Of a stretch of 64,000 nucleotides of DNA, positions 43,704 to 54,175 are shown one piece after another. The notes beneath the pieces were generated by a model that ran no database searches, was not told the DNA's origin, and saw nothing but the letters and a program-made list of their open reading frames with translations. The DNA is from an uncultured Chloroflexia bacterium (lineage in GTDB: Bacteria; Chloroflexota; Dehalococcoidia; DSTF01; JALHUB01): contig CAVSBT010000030.1 in NCBI GenBank assembly GCA_963726245.1, positions 168,295-232,294 on the forward strand. The letters are read 5' to 3'. Position 1 is the first letter of the stretch; the number at the start of each line of letters is the position of its first letter. Both the position numbers and the translations under genes were made by a program.

Positions 43704-44794
43704 TCAGAACGCGGCCAGCCGCCGCAGGGCCTCCAGCCGGTCGCGCTGGCCGAGCCGGGCGCGGGCGACGGCCGCCCTCAGGGTCTCGACGGTGCGGTCG
43801 TAGGTGGAGCGGTCCACCGGGTAGGGGTGGCCGTCCTTGCCGCCGTGGGCGTAGCTGTAGCGGACGGGGTCGCGGAAGCTGGCCGGGGCGCCGTAGACCA
43901 GCTCCGACACCAGGGCCAGGGCCCGTACCGTCTTGGGGCCCACGCCCTCCGTGCCGAGCAGAGCTTCGAAGCCCTGCGGCTGCTCCTCGTAGGTCTTCAG
44001 GAGGATCTTCTTCAGGCGGGACGGGTTCACGTCCGACAGCAGGACGTGGTGGCGGCCGGGCAGGTCGAGCTGCTGGAGGCGCTCCAGCTCCCCGATGACC
44101 CTCTCGGGCCGCTCGCCGGCGACGCGGGCGCTCACCTCTCGCGCGCCCTCGGCCTCGCGCGCCACCATGTTCAGGACTTCGCCCCGCTCGTCGCAGCAGA
44201 TGGCCTGGTGCGGCTCGCAGACGAAGTCCTCCACCGTGGTCGAGAGCCAGTGGTAGCGGCGCGCCCAGTGGGTGTCGGCGTTCATCCCTTGCTGGATCAC
44301 GCACCAGGCGCCCCCGAGGCGGAGTCGCCGGCGACGGGGCGTGAAGACGAAGGTGTGGTGGTAGATCCGGTAGCCGTCCTGGAGCGCGGCGCTGTCCACC
44401 TTGGCGGACATGCGCGAGGAGTAGATGAGGGGCGCCGGATCGAGGCCCAGGCGATCGCCCAGCGCCGTCAGCTCCTGGGGCGTCCGGCGCGAGGTCTTGC
44501 CCTTGCCTCCCGCCACGTAGAGGCCGGTGTCGGCCCCCAGGTCGCGCAGGCCCTCCTTGAGGGCGCCGCAGACGGTGGTGGTGAGCCCGCTGGAGTGCCA
44601 GTCGAAGCCCAGCGTGCAGCCGAAGGCCTGGAACCAGAAGGGGTCCGAGAGTCGCTGGAGGACCTCCAGCGGCCCGAACTCCTCGACCAGCACCAGCACG
44701 AGCTGGCGGGCAAGCATGGGTCATGCGCTGGAAGAGCCAGGAGCGGCGCGGCCCCGTAGTGCAGGGGCAGGTGGGCGACGCCGGTGCGGGGCAT
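43704..44794 (-). CDS. DUF763 domain protein (frameshift near 44735)
   Basis: LPLHYG.AP, DPFWFQAFG..LGFDWHSSGLTT, HhH-like GVGPKTVRAL and AHGGKDGHPYPV. Confidence 0.9.
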
Positions 44795-44802
44795 GAGCGC
44801 CC

Positions 44803-45633
44803 TCAGCTCTCCAGCTTGAAGACGCGGACGGCGTTATCGCGGAGGAACTTGCGGCGAACGCCCTCATCGAGGCCCAGGGCGTCGACCTCGTCGACGCAGC
44901 GCTTCAAGGGGAGCATCGGGTAGTTCGTCCCGAAGAGCACCTTGTCCTGGCCTCGCTTGCGCAGGTAGCGGGTGAACTCCTCAGGGAAGCGCGAGGGGAC
45001 GTAGGCCGAGGTATCGATGTACACGTTGGGGTACTTGTTGGTCACGGCGATCATCTCCTCGGTCCACGGGTAGCCGATGTGCCCGCCGACGATGACCAGC
45101 TCCGGGAAGGTGAGGGCAACCTCGTCGATGTAGGGTATGGGGCGGCCGGTCTCCGAGACCCGCATCGGCCCCGTGTGGCCGGTCTGGTAGCAGAACGGGA
45201 TGCCCAGCTCGATGCACTCCACGTACAGCGGGTAGTAGTGGCGGTCGTTGGGGGGCAGGCCCCACAGCCAGGGGACGACCCGCAGCGCCTTGAAGCCGAG
45301 GTCGCGGACGCACCTGCGGAGCTCGCGCACGGCCTCCAACGGCCGGAGGAGGTCGACGGCCGCCATGCCGGCGAAGCGGTCCGGCCAGCGCGAGACGATG
45401 GCGGCGATCTCATCGTTGGGGATGATGGGGCCGGTCGGCCCCCACCAGGCGCTGAGGAGGGCGAAGCCCACGCCCGCCTCGTCCATCTGCCCGATGGTCG
45501 CTTCGATGGGGATGCCCGGGGCGGGGCCTTCTTGGCCGGTCCAGCGGCGCAGCGACTCGAACATGGGGGCGTTGAGAAAGCTCTCGACTACGGGCTGCAT
45601 CCAGGCGTCTATGGCTTTCACGTCCTCTGCCAT
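44803..45633 (-). CDS. Amidohydrolase_2 family metallohydrolase
   Basis: QTGHTGP, VGGHIGYPW, YIDTSA and FGTNYP. Confidence 0.9.
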   Translation of the reverse strand: MAEDVKAIDAWMQPVVESFLNAPMFESLRRWTGQEGPAPGIPIEATIGQMDEAGVGFALLSAWWGPTGPIIPNDEIAAIVSRWPDRFAGMAAVDLLRPLEAVRELRRCVRDLGFKALRVVPWLWGLPPNDRHYYPLYVECIELGIPFCYQTGHTGPMRVSETGRPIPYIDEVALTFPELVIVGGHIGYPWTEEMIAVTNKYPNVYIDTSAYVPSRFPEEFTRYLRKRGQDKVLFGTNYPMLPLKRCVDEVDALGLDEGVRRKFLRDNAVRVFKLES

Positions 45634-45691
45634 GATGTCCCTCCTCGGGCCTACAAGGCCCTGGCACCGCCGATCCCGACGCCACCAACGA

Positions 45692-45720
45692 ATGCTAAAA
45701 CTTATGTTCGCAGGAGTCAA
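45692..45720 (-). promoter_or_regulatory. Sigma70 promoter containing a LexA (SOS)-box-like site
   Basis: TTGACT-N17-TAGCAT with GAAC-ATAA-GTTT (45709-45698) in the spacer. Confidence 0.65.
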
Positions 45721-45741
45721 GGCATTTGAGGGGCGCCGCTC

Positions 45742-45768
45742 GTAGCGGACAGAGCTTCAGGTCTGTCC
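45742..45768 (+). repeat. Variant GTAG REP
   Basis: GTAGc-GGACAGA-gcttcagg-TCTGTCC. Confidence 0.5.
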
Positions 45769-45784
45769 TGGGCAGAGCTCCCGC

Positions 45785-46417
45785 CTATTGGGCGCGGAAG
45801 TTCATCGTGTAGCCAAGGAGGCCGCGGATGTGCTCCAGGGGTTCGAAGCCCACCGCCCGGCACAGGTCGCGCACGCTGTCCTCGAGCTGGTAGTCGGGGT
45901 CGGTCAAGGTCTCCGTGATGGAGAGCACGCCGCCGCGCCGGAGGACGCGTCGCAGCTCCTGAAGCGCCTGGACGCGGTCGGGAATCTCGCCGAGGACGGC
46001 GACGAGGTAGGCGCTGTCGACGCTGTCGTCAGCCAGGGGCAGGCGGGTCGCGTCGCCGAGAATCGGGCCGGCATTGGTGATGCCCGCGTCGCGCAGGCGC
46101 TGCGACAGCTCGGCGAGCATCGACCGCTGGATGTCGAGGCAGAGGAGGCGCCCGCCGGGGCCGATGATGCGCGACGCCTCCATGGAGAAGTAGCCGGTGC
46201 CGGGACCCACCTCCAGGACGGTGGCGCCGGGCTCGACGTGGGCGCGCGCCAGCGTGCGCCGCACCGGGTGAACGAGCGGGCGCAGAGGGTTGTGCAGGAT
46301 CGCGGCTTCGGTGAAAGGCATCGGGCCGCGACGCTGGTTGCGCACCAGGTACCAGTTGACCAGGTAGAGCCCGCCGAAGAAGAGGAGCCCCCGCCTTAGC
46401 CACCGAAGAGCTCTCAC
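45785..46417 (-). CDS. Class I SAM-dependent methyltransferase
   Basis: VLEVGPGTG, GDATRLPL and VLGEIPD. Confidence 0.9.
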   Translation of the reverse strand: MRALRWLRRGLLFFGGLYLVNWYLVRNQRRGPMPFTEAAILHNPLRPLVHPVRRTLARAHVEPGATVLEVGPGTGYFSMEASRIIGPGGRLLCLDIQRSMLAELSQRLRDAGITNAGPILGDATRLPLADDSVDSAYLVAVLGEIPDRVQALQELRRVLRRGGVLSITETLTDPDYQLEDSVRDLCRAVGFEPLEHIRGLLGYTMNFRAQ

Positions 46418-46433
46418 GGCGACTACTCCTCCA

Positions 46434-47324
46434 CTACCCGCCCAGTCCCGCCGCCCGCTCAGCGGCCAGCACCGTGTTCCAGAGGAGCATGGTCACCGTC
46501 ATGGGCCCGACGCCGCCCGGCACGGGGGTGATGGCCGCCGCCTTCTCGGCCACGGCCTCGTAGTCCACGTCCCCCACCATGCGAAAGCCGCTCTTGCGGC
46601 TGGCGTCCGGTACCCGGTTGTTCCCCACGTCGATGACCACGGCCCCCTCTCGCACCATGTCGGCGGTGATGGCGCGGGGAACGCCCATCGCCGCCACCAG
46701 GATGTCGGCCTGGCGGGTGATAGCAGCCAGGTCGCGGGTGCGCGTGTGGCAAATGGTGACGGTGGCGTTGGCGCCGGGCCGCTTCTGCATGAGGATGGCG
46801 GCCAGCGGCTTGCCGACGATGTTCGACCGCCCGCAGATGACGACGTGCTTGCCCGCGGGGTCGTTGCCGCTGCGCAGGAGGAGCTGCTGGATGCCCGACG
46901 GCGTGCAGGAGAGGAAGGCCGGCTCGCCGCGGAGGAGGAGGCCCATGTTCACGGGGTTGAGGGCGTCCACGTCCTTCATCGGGTCGATGGCGCGGGCGAC
47001 GGCGTCCTCGCTCACGTGCGGCGGCAGGGGCATCTGCACCAGGACGCCGTGCCAGGTCGGGTCGGCGTTGAGGCGCCCGATGAGGGCCAGCACCTCCTCC
47101 TGGGTGATCCCGGCGGGCTGAAGGAGGGTCTCCGAGCGGATGGCGATGTTCTCGCAGGCCTGGGCCTTGGAGCGCACGTAGGAGATGGACGCCGGGTTCT
47201 CGCCCACCAGCACGAAGGCTAGGCCGGGGATCACGCCCCGCTGCCGCAGCCGCTCGACGCGCTCGCGGAGCTCGGCGCGTATCTCCTCGGCCACGGCGCG
47301 TCCGTCGATGATGGTGGCGGTCAT
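46434..47324 (-). CDS. folD: Methylenetetrahydrofolate dehydrogenase/cyclohydrolase
   Basis: YVRSK, VQMPLP, GRSNIVGKP and TPVPGGVGPMT. Confidence 0.97.
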   Translation of the reverse strand: MTATIIDGRAVAEEIRAELRERVERLRQRGVIPGLAFVLVGENPASISYVRSKAQACENIAIRSETLLQPAGITQEEVLALIGRLNADPTWHGVLVQMPLPPHVSEDAVARAIDPMKDVDALNPVNMGLLLRGEPAFLSCTPSGIQQLLLRSGNDPAGKHVVICGRSNIVGKPLAAILMQKRPGANATVTICHTRTRDLAAITRQADILVAAMGVPRAITADMVREGAVVIDVGNNRVPDASRKSGFRMVGDVDYEAVAEKAAAITPVPGGVGPMTVTMLLWNTVLAAERAAGLGG

Positions 47325-47419
47325 CTGCATCTCCGGGGGCTCGAGGATAGTCCAGCGCAAGCATACGGCCCACCCACCCCACCGTCCAGACCGATCCCTA
47401 TGCTACAATCCTTCCTGCT

Positions 47420-47860
47420 ATGCCCAACCTCGCCGCCGGCATCGACATGGTGGAGATCGACCGCGTCCGCCACGTCCTCCAGCGCTTCCCCCAGCGCTTC
47501 CTGGAGCGCGTCTACACGCCCGTCGAGGTGGCGGTCTGCCACGGCCGCGTCCACGAGCTGGCGGCCCGATTTGCCGCCAAGGAGGCGGCCATGAAGGCCC
47601 TGGGCACCGGCGCCCGCGGCCTCGCCTGGCGCGAGATCGAGGTGCTGCCCAACCGGCGCGGCAAGCCGCTGCTCTACCTCTACGGCCGCGCCCGCGAGCG
47701 CGCCGAGGAGATCGGCCTCCACGGCCTGGACGTGAGCCTCAGCCACACCCGCCAGCACGCCCTGGCCATCGTCGTCGGCGTGCAGGAGGCCGGCATCGAC
47801 GAGCCGGGCGTGGCCCGCGACCGGCTCCTGCGCTGGCTGCAGGAAAGGGGTCGCCTGTGA
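47420..47860 (+). CDS. acpS: Holo-ACP synthase
   Basis: GIDMVEI, RFAAKEA and VSLSH. Confidence 0.95.
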   Translation: MPNLAAGIDMVEIDRVRHVLQRFPQRFLERVYTPVEVAVCHGRVHELAARFAAKEAAMKALGTGARGLAWREIEVLPNRRGKPLLYLYGRARERAEEIGLHGLDVSLSHTRQHALAIVVGVQEAGIDEPGVARDRLLRWLQERGRL

Positions 47861-49451
47861 AGCTCGTCACCGCCGACCAGATGCGCCGCATCGACCAGCT
47901 CTCCGCCGAGGCCGGCGTCGGCACCGACGTCCTCATGGAGAACGCGGGGCTGGCCGTGGCCCAGGAGAGCTGGATGGCCCTGGGCACCCTCCAGGAGCGC
48001 CGCGTCGCCGTCCTGGCCGGCCCCGGCAACAACGGCGGCGACGGCCTGGTTGCCGCGCGCTACCTCCACGAGTGGGGGTCCGCCGTGCAGGTCTACCTCC
48101 TGAAGGCCCGCGGCGAGGACGACGCCAACTACCGCCGCCTGCTGGAGTTGGGAGTACCGCTAGCCTGCGTCGAGGACGGCGACGGCCTCACCGCGCTCGA
48201 CGCCGCCCTGGCGGAGGCCGACCTGGTGGTGGACGCGCTCCTGGGCACCGGCGCCGCCCGACCCATCGGCGGGCGACTGGCGGAGGTGCTATCGCGGCTG
48301 GCGACGGCGCGAGCCCGGCCTCATCCGCCGATACTGCTCGCCGTGGATGTTCCCACGGGCCTCAACTCCGACACCGGCGCCACCGACCCCCTGACCGTGG
48401 CCGCCGACCACACCGTGACGCTGGGCCTCTCGAAAGTCGGCCTGCACACCTATCCCGGCGCGAATCACGCCGGACGCGTGCAGGTGGTGGACATCGGCAT
48501 ACCGCCGGCCCTCACCGCCGACCTTCCCTACGAGCTGATGACGGCCTCGGACGTGCGCGCCCTCCTGCCGGCCCGGCCGCCCGACGCCAACAAGGGCAGC
48601 TTCGGGAAGGTGCTCGTCGTCGCCGGCTCCGAGAACTACGTCGGCGCGGCCCACCTGTCGGCGGCCGGCGCCTGTCGCGTGGGCGCCGGGCTGGTCACCC
48701 TGGCCTGTCCCCGCAGCCTCCAGCCCATCGTCGCCTCGACGCTGACCGAGGCCACCTACCTTCCCCTGCCCGAGGAGGAAGGCGGCCTGGCCCGCCGTGC
48801 CGCCGACCTCGTCCTGCGCGCCGTCGGGGGCTACGACGTGCTGCTCGTCGGCTGCGGACTGGGACAGCGGGGCGCGACCCAGAGCTTCGTGCGGGCCCTC
48901 CTCTTCTCCCTGGCCGCAGACGCCGCCCGCCGTCGTCGTCGACGCCGACGGCCTCAACGCCCTGGCACGGACGCCGGGCTGGTGGCGGGAGCTGAAGGCG
49001 CCGGCCATCGTCACGCCCCACCCGGGCGAGATGTCACGCCTCTCGGGCCGGCCCATCGCCGAGATCCAGGCCGACCGCCTGGGCTGCGCCGTCGCCTGCG
49101 CCCGCGAGTGGGGGAAGACGGTGGTCCTCAAGGGCGCCCACACGGTGGTGGCCTGCGCCCGACGGTCGCGCCGCCCTCAGCCCCTTCGCCAACCCCGCCC
49201 TCGCCAGCGGCGGCACCGGCGACGTGCTGGCCGGCGCCGTGGCCGGCTTCCTCGCCCAGGGCCTTGCGCCCTTCGAGGCCGCCGTTTGCGCCGTCTACGT
49301 ACACGCGACGGCAGCCGAACAGGCGCGGCGGGAGATGGGCGACGCCGGTCCCGTCGCGGGAGACCTGCTCCCCCTTCTACCACGCGCCATCAAGAGCCTA
49401 ATGTCGCCGGAACCGACGCTGCCGCCACTTACGACCGGCGGCCGCTTGTGA
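47857..49451 (+). CDS. nnr: Bifunctional NAD(P)HX epimerase/dehydratase (frameshifts near 48925 and 49157)
   Basis: LMENAG, GPGNNGGDG, NKGSFG, VDADGLN, TPHPGE and GGTGDVLAG. Confidence 0.93.
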
Positions 49452-49465
49452 TATATTGGGCTCCG

Positions 49466-51219
49466 GTGCAAGCGGAAGCTCCCACCCTGACCGGCGGACG
49501 CCGCCGCTGGCGTCTTCGAACCGGCGAACGCACCGACGCTTTGCGTTCCGGCGGATACCCACCCCTCCTTCAGCGGCTGCTTGCTAACCGGGGAGTGCGC
49601 ACGCTCGACGAGGCGCGTCACTTCCTAAATGGCGCGCCGGCATCCCCAGACCCACTTTCGCTGCCCGACATGGCGCGCGCCGTCCAGCGGCTCTGCCTCG
49701 CTCTGGAGCGGCGCGAGCTGGTGGCCGTCTTCGCCGACTTCGACGTGGACGGCGTGACGGCGGCCGCCCTCCTCACCCAGGGGCTTGAGGCCTTGGGAGG
49801 CCGCGTCCTCACCCACATCCCGGACCGCTTCCAAGAGGGGTACGGCCTCAACACGGGCGCCATCGACCGGCTGCGGGCCCAGGGGGCCGACCTGCTGCTG
49901 GCAGCCGATTGCGGCACCAGCTCCCTGGCCGAGGTGGAGCACGCCCGCGCCCTGGGGATGGACGTCCTCATCCTGGACCACCACGCTGCGCCGGAGCGCC
50001 TCCCGCCGGCTCAGGCGCTGGTGAACCCGAAGCTACGCGGCTCCTACCAGCCCGGAGCTCCCTTCTCGGAGTTGGCCGCAGTGGGCCTGGCCTACCAGCT
50101 TGTGGCCGCTCTCCACGAGGCGCTGAACGCCGCCTTCAAGCCCGACGAGCACCTGGACCTGGTGGCCCTGGGCACCGTCGTCGACATGGCGCCCCTGCTG
50201 GGCGAGAACCGCGAGCTGGTGCGGCGGGGCCTGGCCGCGCTGGCGCGCACCTCGCGGCCGGGGCTGCGCGCCCTGATGGACGTGGCCCGCGTCGACCCGG
50301 CGCGCCTGGATACCGAGGCGCTCTCCTTCGCCCTGGGGCCGCGCCTCAACGCCGCCGGCCGCATCGCCGGTGCCCGGCTGGCCTATGACTTGCTCGTCAC
50401 CCGCGACGAGGGGGAGGCGACCCGCCTGGCCCAGCGCCTCGACGAGCTGAACAGCGAGCGCCAGCGCCTGACGCGGGATGCAGTCTCCCTCGCCCGGGAG
50501 CTCTGGGCCGCCGAGGACCCCCGGTCGCCGCTGGTCATGGTCGGACACCCCGACTTCAGCTCGGGCATCGTCGGCCTGGTGGCCGCCCGGCTGGCCGACG
50601 AGCTCTACCGGCCGGCCGTGGTCTACGAGCTCGGCGAGAACACCAGCCGCGCCAGCGCCCGCAGCATCCCCGAGTTCGATATCGTGGGAGCGTTGCGAAC
50701 CTGCGCCGAGGCAAGCCCCGGCCTCTTCCGGCGCTTCGGCGGCCACCGGCAGGCGGCAGGCTTCACGGCCGATAACCAGGCCCTGCCCGCCATCAAGGAA
50801 CAGCTTACGGCGCAGGCCGCCCAGGAGCTGGCTCACCAGGACCTCGCCCCAACCATCGAGGTGGACGCGCCGATGCCGCTTCGCGCCCTGCGGAGCGGCG
50901 GAGATCCAGGGCCTGGGACTGCTGGCCCCCCACGGCATCGGCAACCCGCGACCCGCTTTCCTGAGCCGGGGCGTCACCGTGGTCGAGTCGCCAGGCGGTG
51001 GGGAGCGACGGCCGGCACTTGCGGCTCAAGCTGCGCGACGGACCTGTCGTCTGGCCGGCCATCGCCTTCGGCGCCGGCGAAGGGCCCCTGGGGAGCCGGG
51101 AGGCCGCCCGGCTGCCGGAGCCGGGGAACCTTATCGACGTGGTGTACGCATTCTCGCTGGACCGTCGCGGCGGCGGTAATCTGGAGCTGGAGATCCTGGA
51201 CTTCCTGCCGTCGGCCTGA
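49466..51219 (+). CDS. recJ: Single-stranded DNA exonuclease RecJ (frameshifts near 50895 and 50995)
   Basis: DFDVDG, DCG, DHH, PRLNAAGR and FGGHRQAAG. Confidence 0.95.
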
Positions 51220-51251
51220 GGCGCCGGCGGAATCCCGCGGAGGAAGAACTG

Positions 51252-51956
51252 GTGCGGTATCAGGTATGTCTCGAGCTGGGCGAGGACGGAACGTGCATGG
51301 CGCACGTCCCCGAGCTCATGGGCTGCTCGGCCGCAGGGAGGACAAGGCATGATGCCCTGGAGAACCTGCGGCGCGCCATCAGCGAGCATCTCGCCTGGCT
51401 AGCCAACCATAGAGAGGTGGCGCCGCCCTCCGCCGAGTCCGGAGAGGTGGAGATCGAAGTGGTGGAGGAGGTTGCCACAACGGGCAGCTTCCCACGCAAG
51501 CCCGGAGAGCCCGCCGCCTTCTTCGCCACCGATGAGGAGGCCCTATCCCATCACGACCTGCAGACAGCCGTGCGGCTCCTCGCGCACGCCCGCGGCGACA
51601 TGCTGGACTTCCTTCGAGACGTGCCTGACAGTCTGCTGCACTGGCGCCCCAGCCTCGACGAGCCGTCGATCGCCGAGCTGCTGGCGGCTGTCGCCTACGC
51701 GGAAGCCGGCTATTTGGCCTGCCTTGATGAGCAGTCGGAGCGCTACCCTTTCCCACAGCTCGCGGCCATCCGCAGTTGGGCCTATCATCGCCTCGGCCGG
51801 ATGACGGAGGCGGAGCTCTCTCGCTCTACTACTCACCACGACGAGAAGTGGTCGGCCCGCAAGGTGCTCCGCCGCCTCCTTGAGCAGGAGCGGGAGCACA
51901 CAGCCTACGTCCATAGCCTGCTGGCGCGCTACCGCCGCGAAGCGCCCAGCGGCTGA
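51252..51956 (+). CDS. HicB-like N-terminal domain fused to DinB-like domain
   Basis: AHVPELMGCSAAGRT..ALENL; C-terminal WSARKVLRR...EREH. Confidence 0.75.
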   Translation: MRYQVCLELGEDGTCMAHVPELMGCSAAGRTRHDALENLRRAISEHLAWLANHREVAPPSAESGEVEIEVVEEVATTGSFPRKPGEPAAFFATDEEALSHHDLQTAVRLLAHARGDMLDFLRDVPDSLLHWRPSLDEPSIAELLAAVAYAEAGYLACLDEQSERYPFPQLAAIRSWAYHRLGRMTEAELSRSTTHHDEKWSARKVLRRLLEQEREHTAYVHSLLARYRREAPSG

Positions 51957-52028
51957 GTGTCGCTTGCGGCTGCCAGGAGCCTACGCTAAGATCGCTCTTG
52001 CTCGGCTGAGCAAGGGAGACAGGACCTC

Positions 52029-54101
52029 ATGAAAGAGTATCGGACCGAGGATATTCGTAACGCCGTCCTGGTCGGACACGGCAGCACGGGCAAGACCGCC
52101 CTCTCGGAGGCCGCCCTTTTCGTCAGCGGCGCCATCAACCGCCTGGGCAAAATCGACGAGGGCACCACCACCTCCGACCACGATCCAGACGAGGTGAAAC
52201 GCGGGTTCAGCATCAACCTCTCCCTCCTACCCTGCGAGTGGAAGGGCAACAAGATCAACCTCATCGACACGCCCGGCTACGCCGACTTCGTCGGCGAGGT
52301 GAAGGCCGGCATCAGGGCGGCTGACTTCGCTATCCTCGTCGTCTGCGCCGCCTCCGGCGTCCAGGTCGGCACCGAGTCCGCACTGGCCTTCATCGCCGAA
52401 CGCGACCTTCCCGCCGTGGTCTTCGTCAACCGGATGGACCGCGAGAACGCCGACTTCGCCGGCACGCTCAAGCAGCTCCAGAAAGCGCTGGGCAAGAAGT
52501 GCGTGCCCGCCCAGGTCCCTATCGGCGCCCAGGACAGCTTCGAAGGCGTTGTCGACTTGGTGAGCATGAAGGCCTACCGCGGCGAGAAAGCCAGTGAAGG
52601 CGAAGTGCCTTCCTCTCTCGCGGAGACGGCGGCCCGCTATCGGGAGCAACTCGTGGAGTCCGTGGCCGAGACCGACGACTCCCTCATCAACAAGTACCTG
52701 GAGGGCGAGGAGCTCAGCGAGGAGGAGGTCCGCCGGGGCCTGAAGGCCGGCGTCATCTCCCGCGCCATCATTCCCGTCTTCAGCGGCTCGGCCACCAAGA
52801 CCATCGCCGTTGGGCTGCTGCTGGACGGCCTGATCAGCTACGCGCCTTCGCCCAAGGACGCCGGCGAGGTGGTGGCGCGACAGGGCCCCTCAGGAGCGGA
52901 GCAGAAGCTGCCGGCGGACTCGGCTGGACCGCTGGCCGCGCTCGCCTTCAAGACGGCCGCCGACCCTTACGTCGGCAAGCTTACCTACCTGCGCGTCCTC
53001 AGCGGCACCATCAAGTCCGATTCCCAGGTCCTGAATGGTAACAAGGGCACCCCCGAACGCATCGGGCAGCTCTTCACGGCGCGAGGCAAGAACCAGGAGC
53101 ACACGCCGCAGCTCGTGGCCGGCGACATCGGCGCCGTGCCCAAGCTTTCCGAGACTGCCACCGGCGATACCCTCTGCCAGCGAGAGAAGCCCCTGGTGCT
53201 GGAGCCTATCGCTTTCCCCGAGCCCTACTACTCAGCCGCCGTCCACCCCAAGAGCAAGGCCGACCTGGACAAGATGGGCTCTGCCCTGACCCGCATCGGT
53301 GAGGAGGACCCCACTCTCCGCGTCCATCGCGAACAAGACACCAACGAGACCATCCTCTCCGGCCTCGGCGACTCCCACCTCGAGGTGTCGGCCGAGAAGA
53401 TGCGCCGCAAGTTCGGCGTGGACCTGGAGCTGACGCCGCCCAGAGTCCCCTACAAGGAGACCATCACCGCCAGCAGTTCCGCCGAATACACGCACAAGAA
53501 GCAAACGGGAGGCCACGGCCAGTACGCCAGGGTGACCATTCAACTTGAGCCCCTGCCCCGGGGCAGCGGTTTCCAGTTCGTGGACCGCGTCGTCGGCGGC
53601 GTCGTGCCCAGGACATACATACCGGCCGTAGAGAAGGGGGCGCTGGAGGCCATAAAGGAAGGTGTCCTGGCCCACTACCCCCTTATCGACTTCAAGGCAA
53701 CCCTCGTCGATGGCAAGGACCACCCGGTTGACTCCTCGGAGATGTCCTTCAAGCTCGCCGGCGCCGCCGCTCTCAAGAAGGGAGCGCAGGATGCCCAGCC
53801 GGTGCTCCTGGAGCCCATCGTCAACCTAACCATCACCGTCCCGGAGAGTAACACGGGCGACATCATGAGCGACCTGAACGGCAAGCGGGCTAAGGTGCTG
53901 GGCATGACGCCCCAGGACGGCAACAGCGTCATCGAGGCCCAGGCGCCGCTGGCCGAGGTCCTGCGCTACGCCACCGACCTGCGCTCCATCACTCAGGGGC
54001 GCGGCAGCTACCGTGTGCAGTTCAGCCACTACGAAGAGGTGCCCACGCACATCGCCCAGAGGATTGCGGATCAGGCGCGAAAGGAGAAGGAGAGTTCGTG
54101 A
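52029..54101 (+). CDS. fusA: Elongation factor G paralog (EF-G2-like)
   Basis: GHGSTGKT, DTPGYADF, KKQTGGHGQY and H.VDSSEMSF; G1 differs from canonical AHIDAGKT. Confidence 0.93.
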   Translation: MKEYRTEDIRNAVLVGHGSTGKTALSEAALFVSGAINRLGKIDEGTTTSDHDPDEVKRGFSINLSLLPCEWKGNKINLIDTPGYADFVGEVKAGIRAADFAILVVCAASGVQVGTESALAFIAERDLPAVVFVNRMDRENADFAGTLKQLQKALGKKCVPAQVPIGAQDSFEGVVDLVSMKAYRGEKASEGEVPSSLAETAARYREQLVESVAETDDSLINKYLEGEELSEEEVRRGLKAGVISRAIIPVFSGSATKTIAVGLLLDGLISYAPSPKDAGEVVARQGPSGAEQKLPADSAGPLAALAFKTAADPYVGKLTYLRVLSGTIKSDSQVLNGNKGTPERIGQLFTARGKNQEHTPQLVAGDIGAVPKLSETATGDTLCQREKPLVLEPIAFPEPYYSAAVHPKSKADLDKMGSALTRIGEEDPTLRVHREQDTNETILSGLGDSHLEVSAEKMRRKFGVDLELTPPRVPYKETITASSSAEYTHKKQTGGHGQYARVTIQLEPLPRGSGFQFVDRVVGGVVPRTYIPAVEKGALEAIKEGVLAHYPLIDFKATLVDGKDHPVDSSEMSFKLAGAAALKKGAQDAQPVLLEPIVNLTITVPESNTGDIMSDLNGKRAKVLGMTPQDGNSVIEAQAPLAEVLRYATDLRSITQGRGSYRVQFSHYEEVPTHIAQRIADQARKEKESS

Positions 54102-54175
54102 GGGCATAGGGCACAACGCATAGTGCATAGGCCAGTGGCTTATGCTCTTTGCCCTGTGTCCTGTGCCCTATGTCC
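54102..54175. repeat. Inverted heptamer array between convergent genes
   Basis: GGGCATA GGGCACA ACGCATA GTGCATA - spacer - TATGCTC TTTGCCC TGTGTCC TGTGCCC TATGTCC. Confidence 0.85.
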
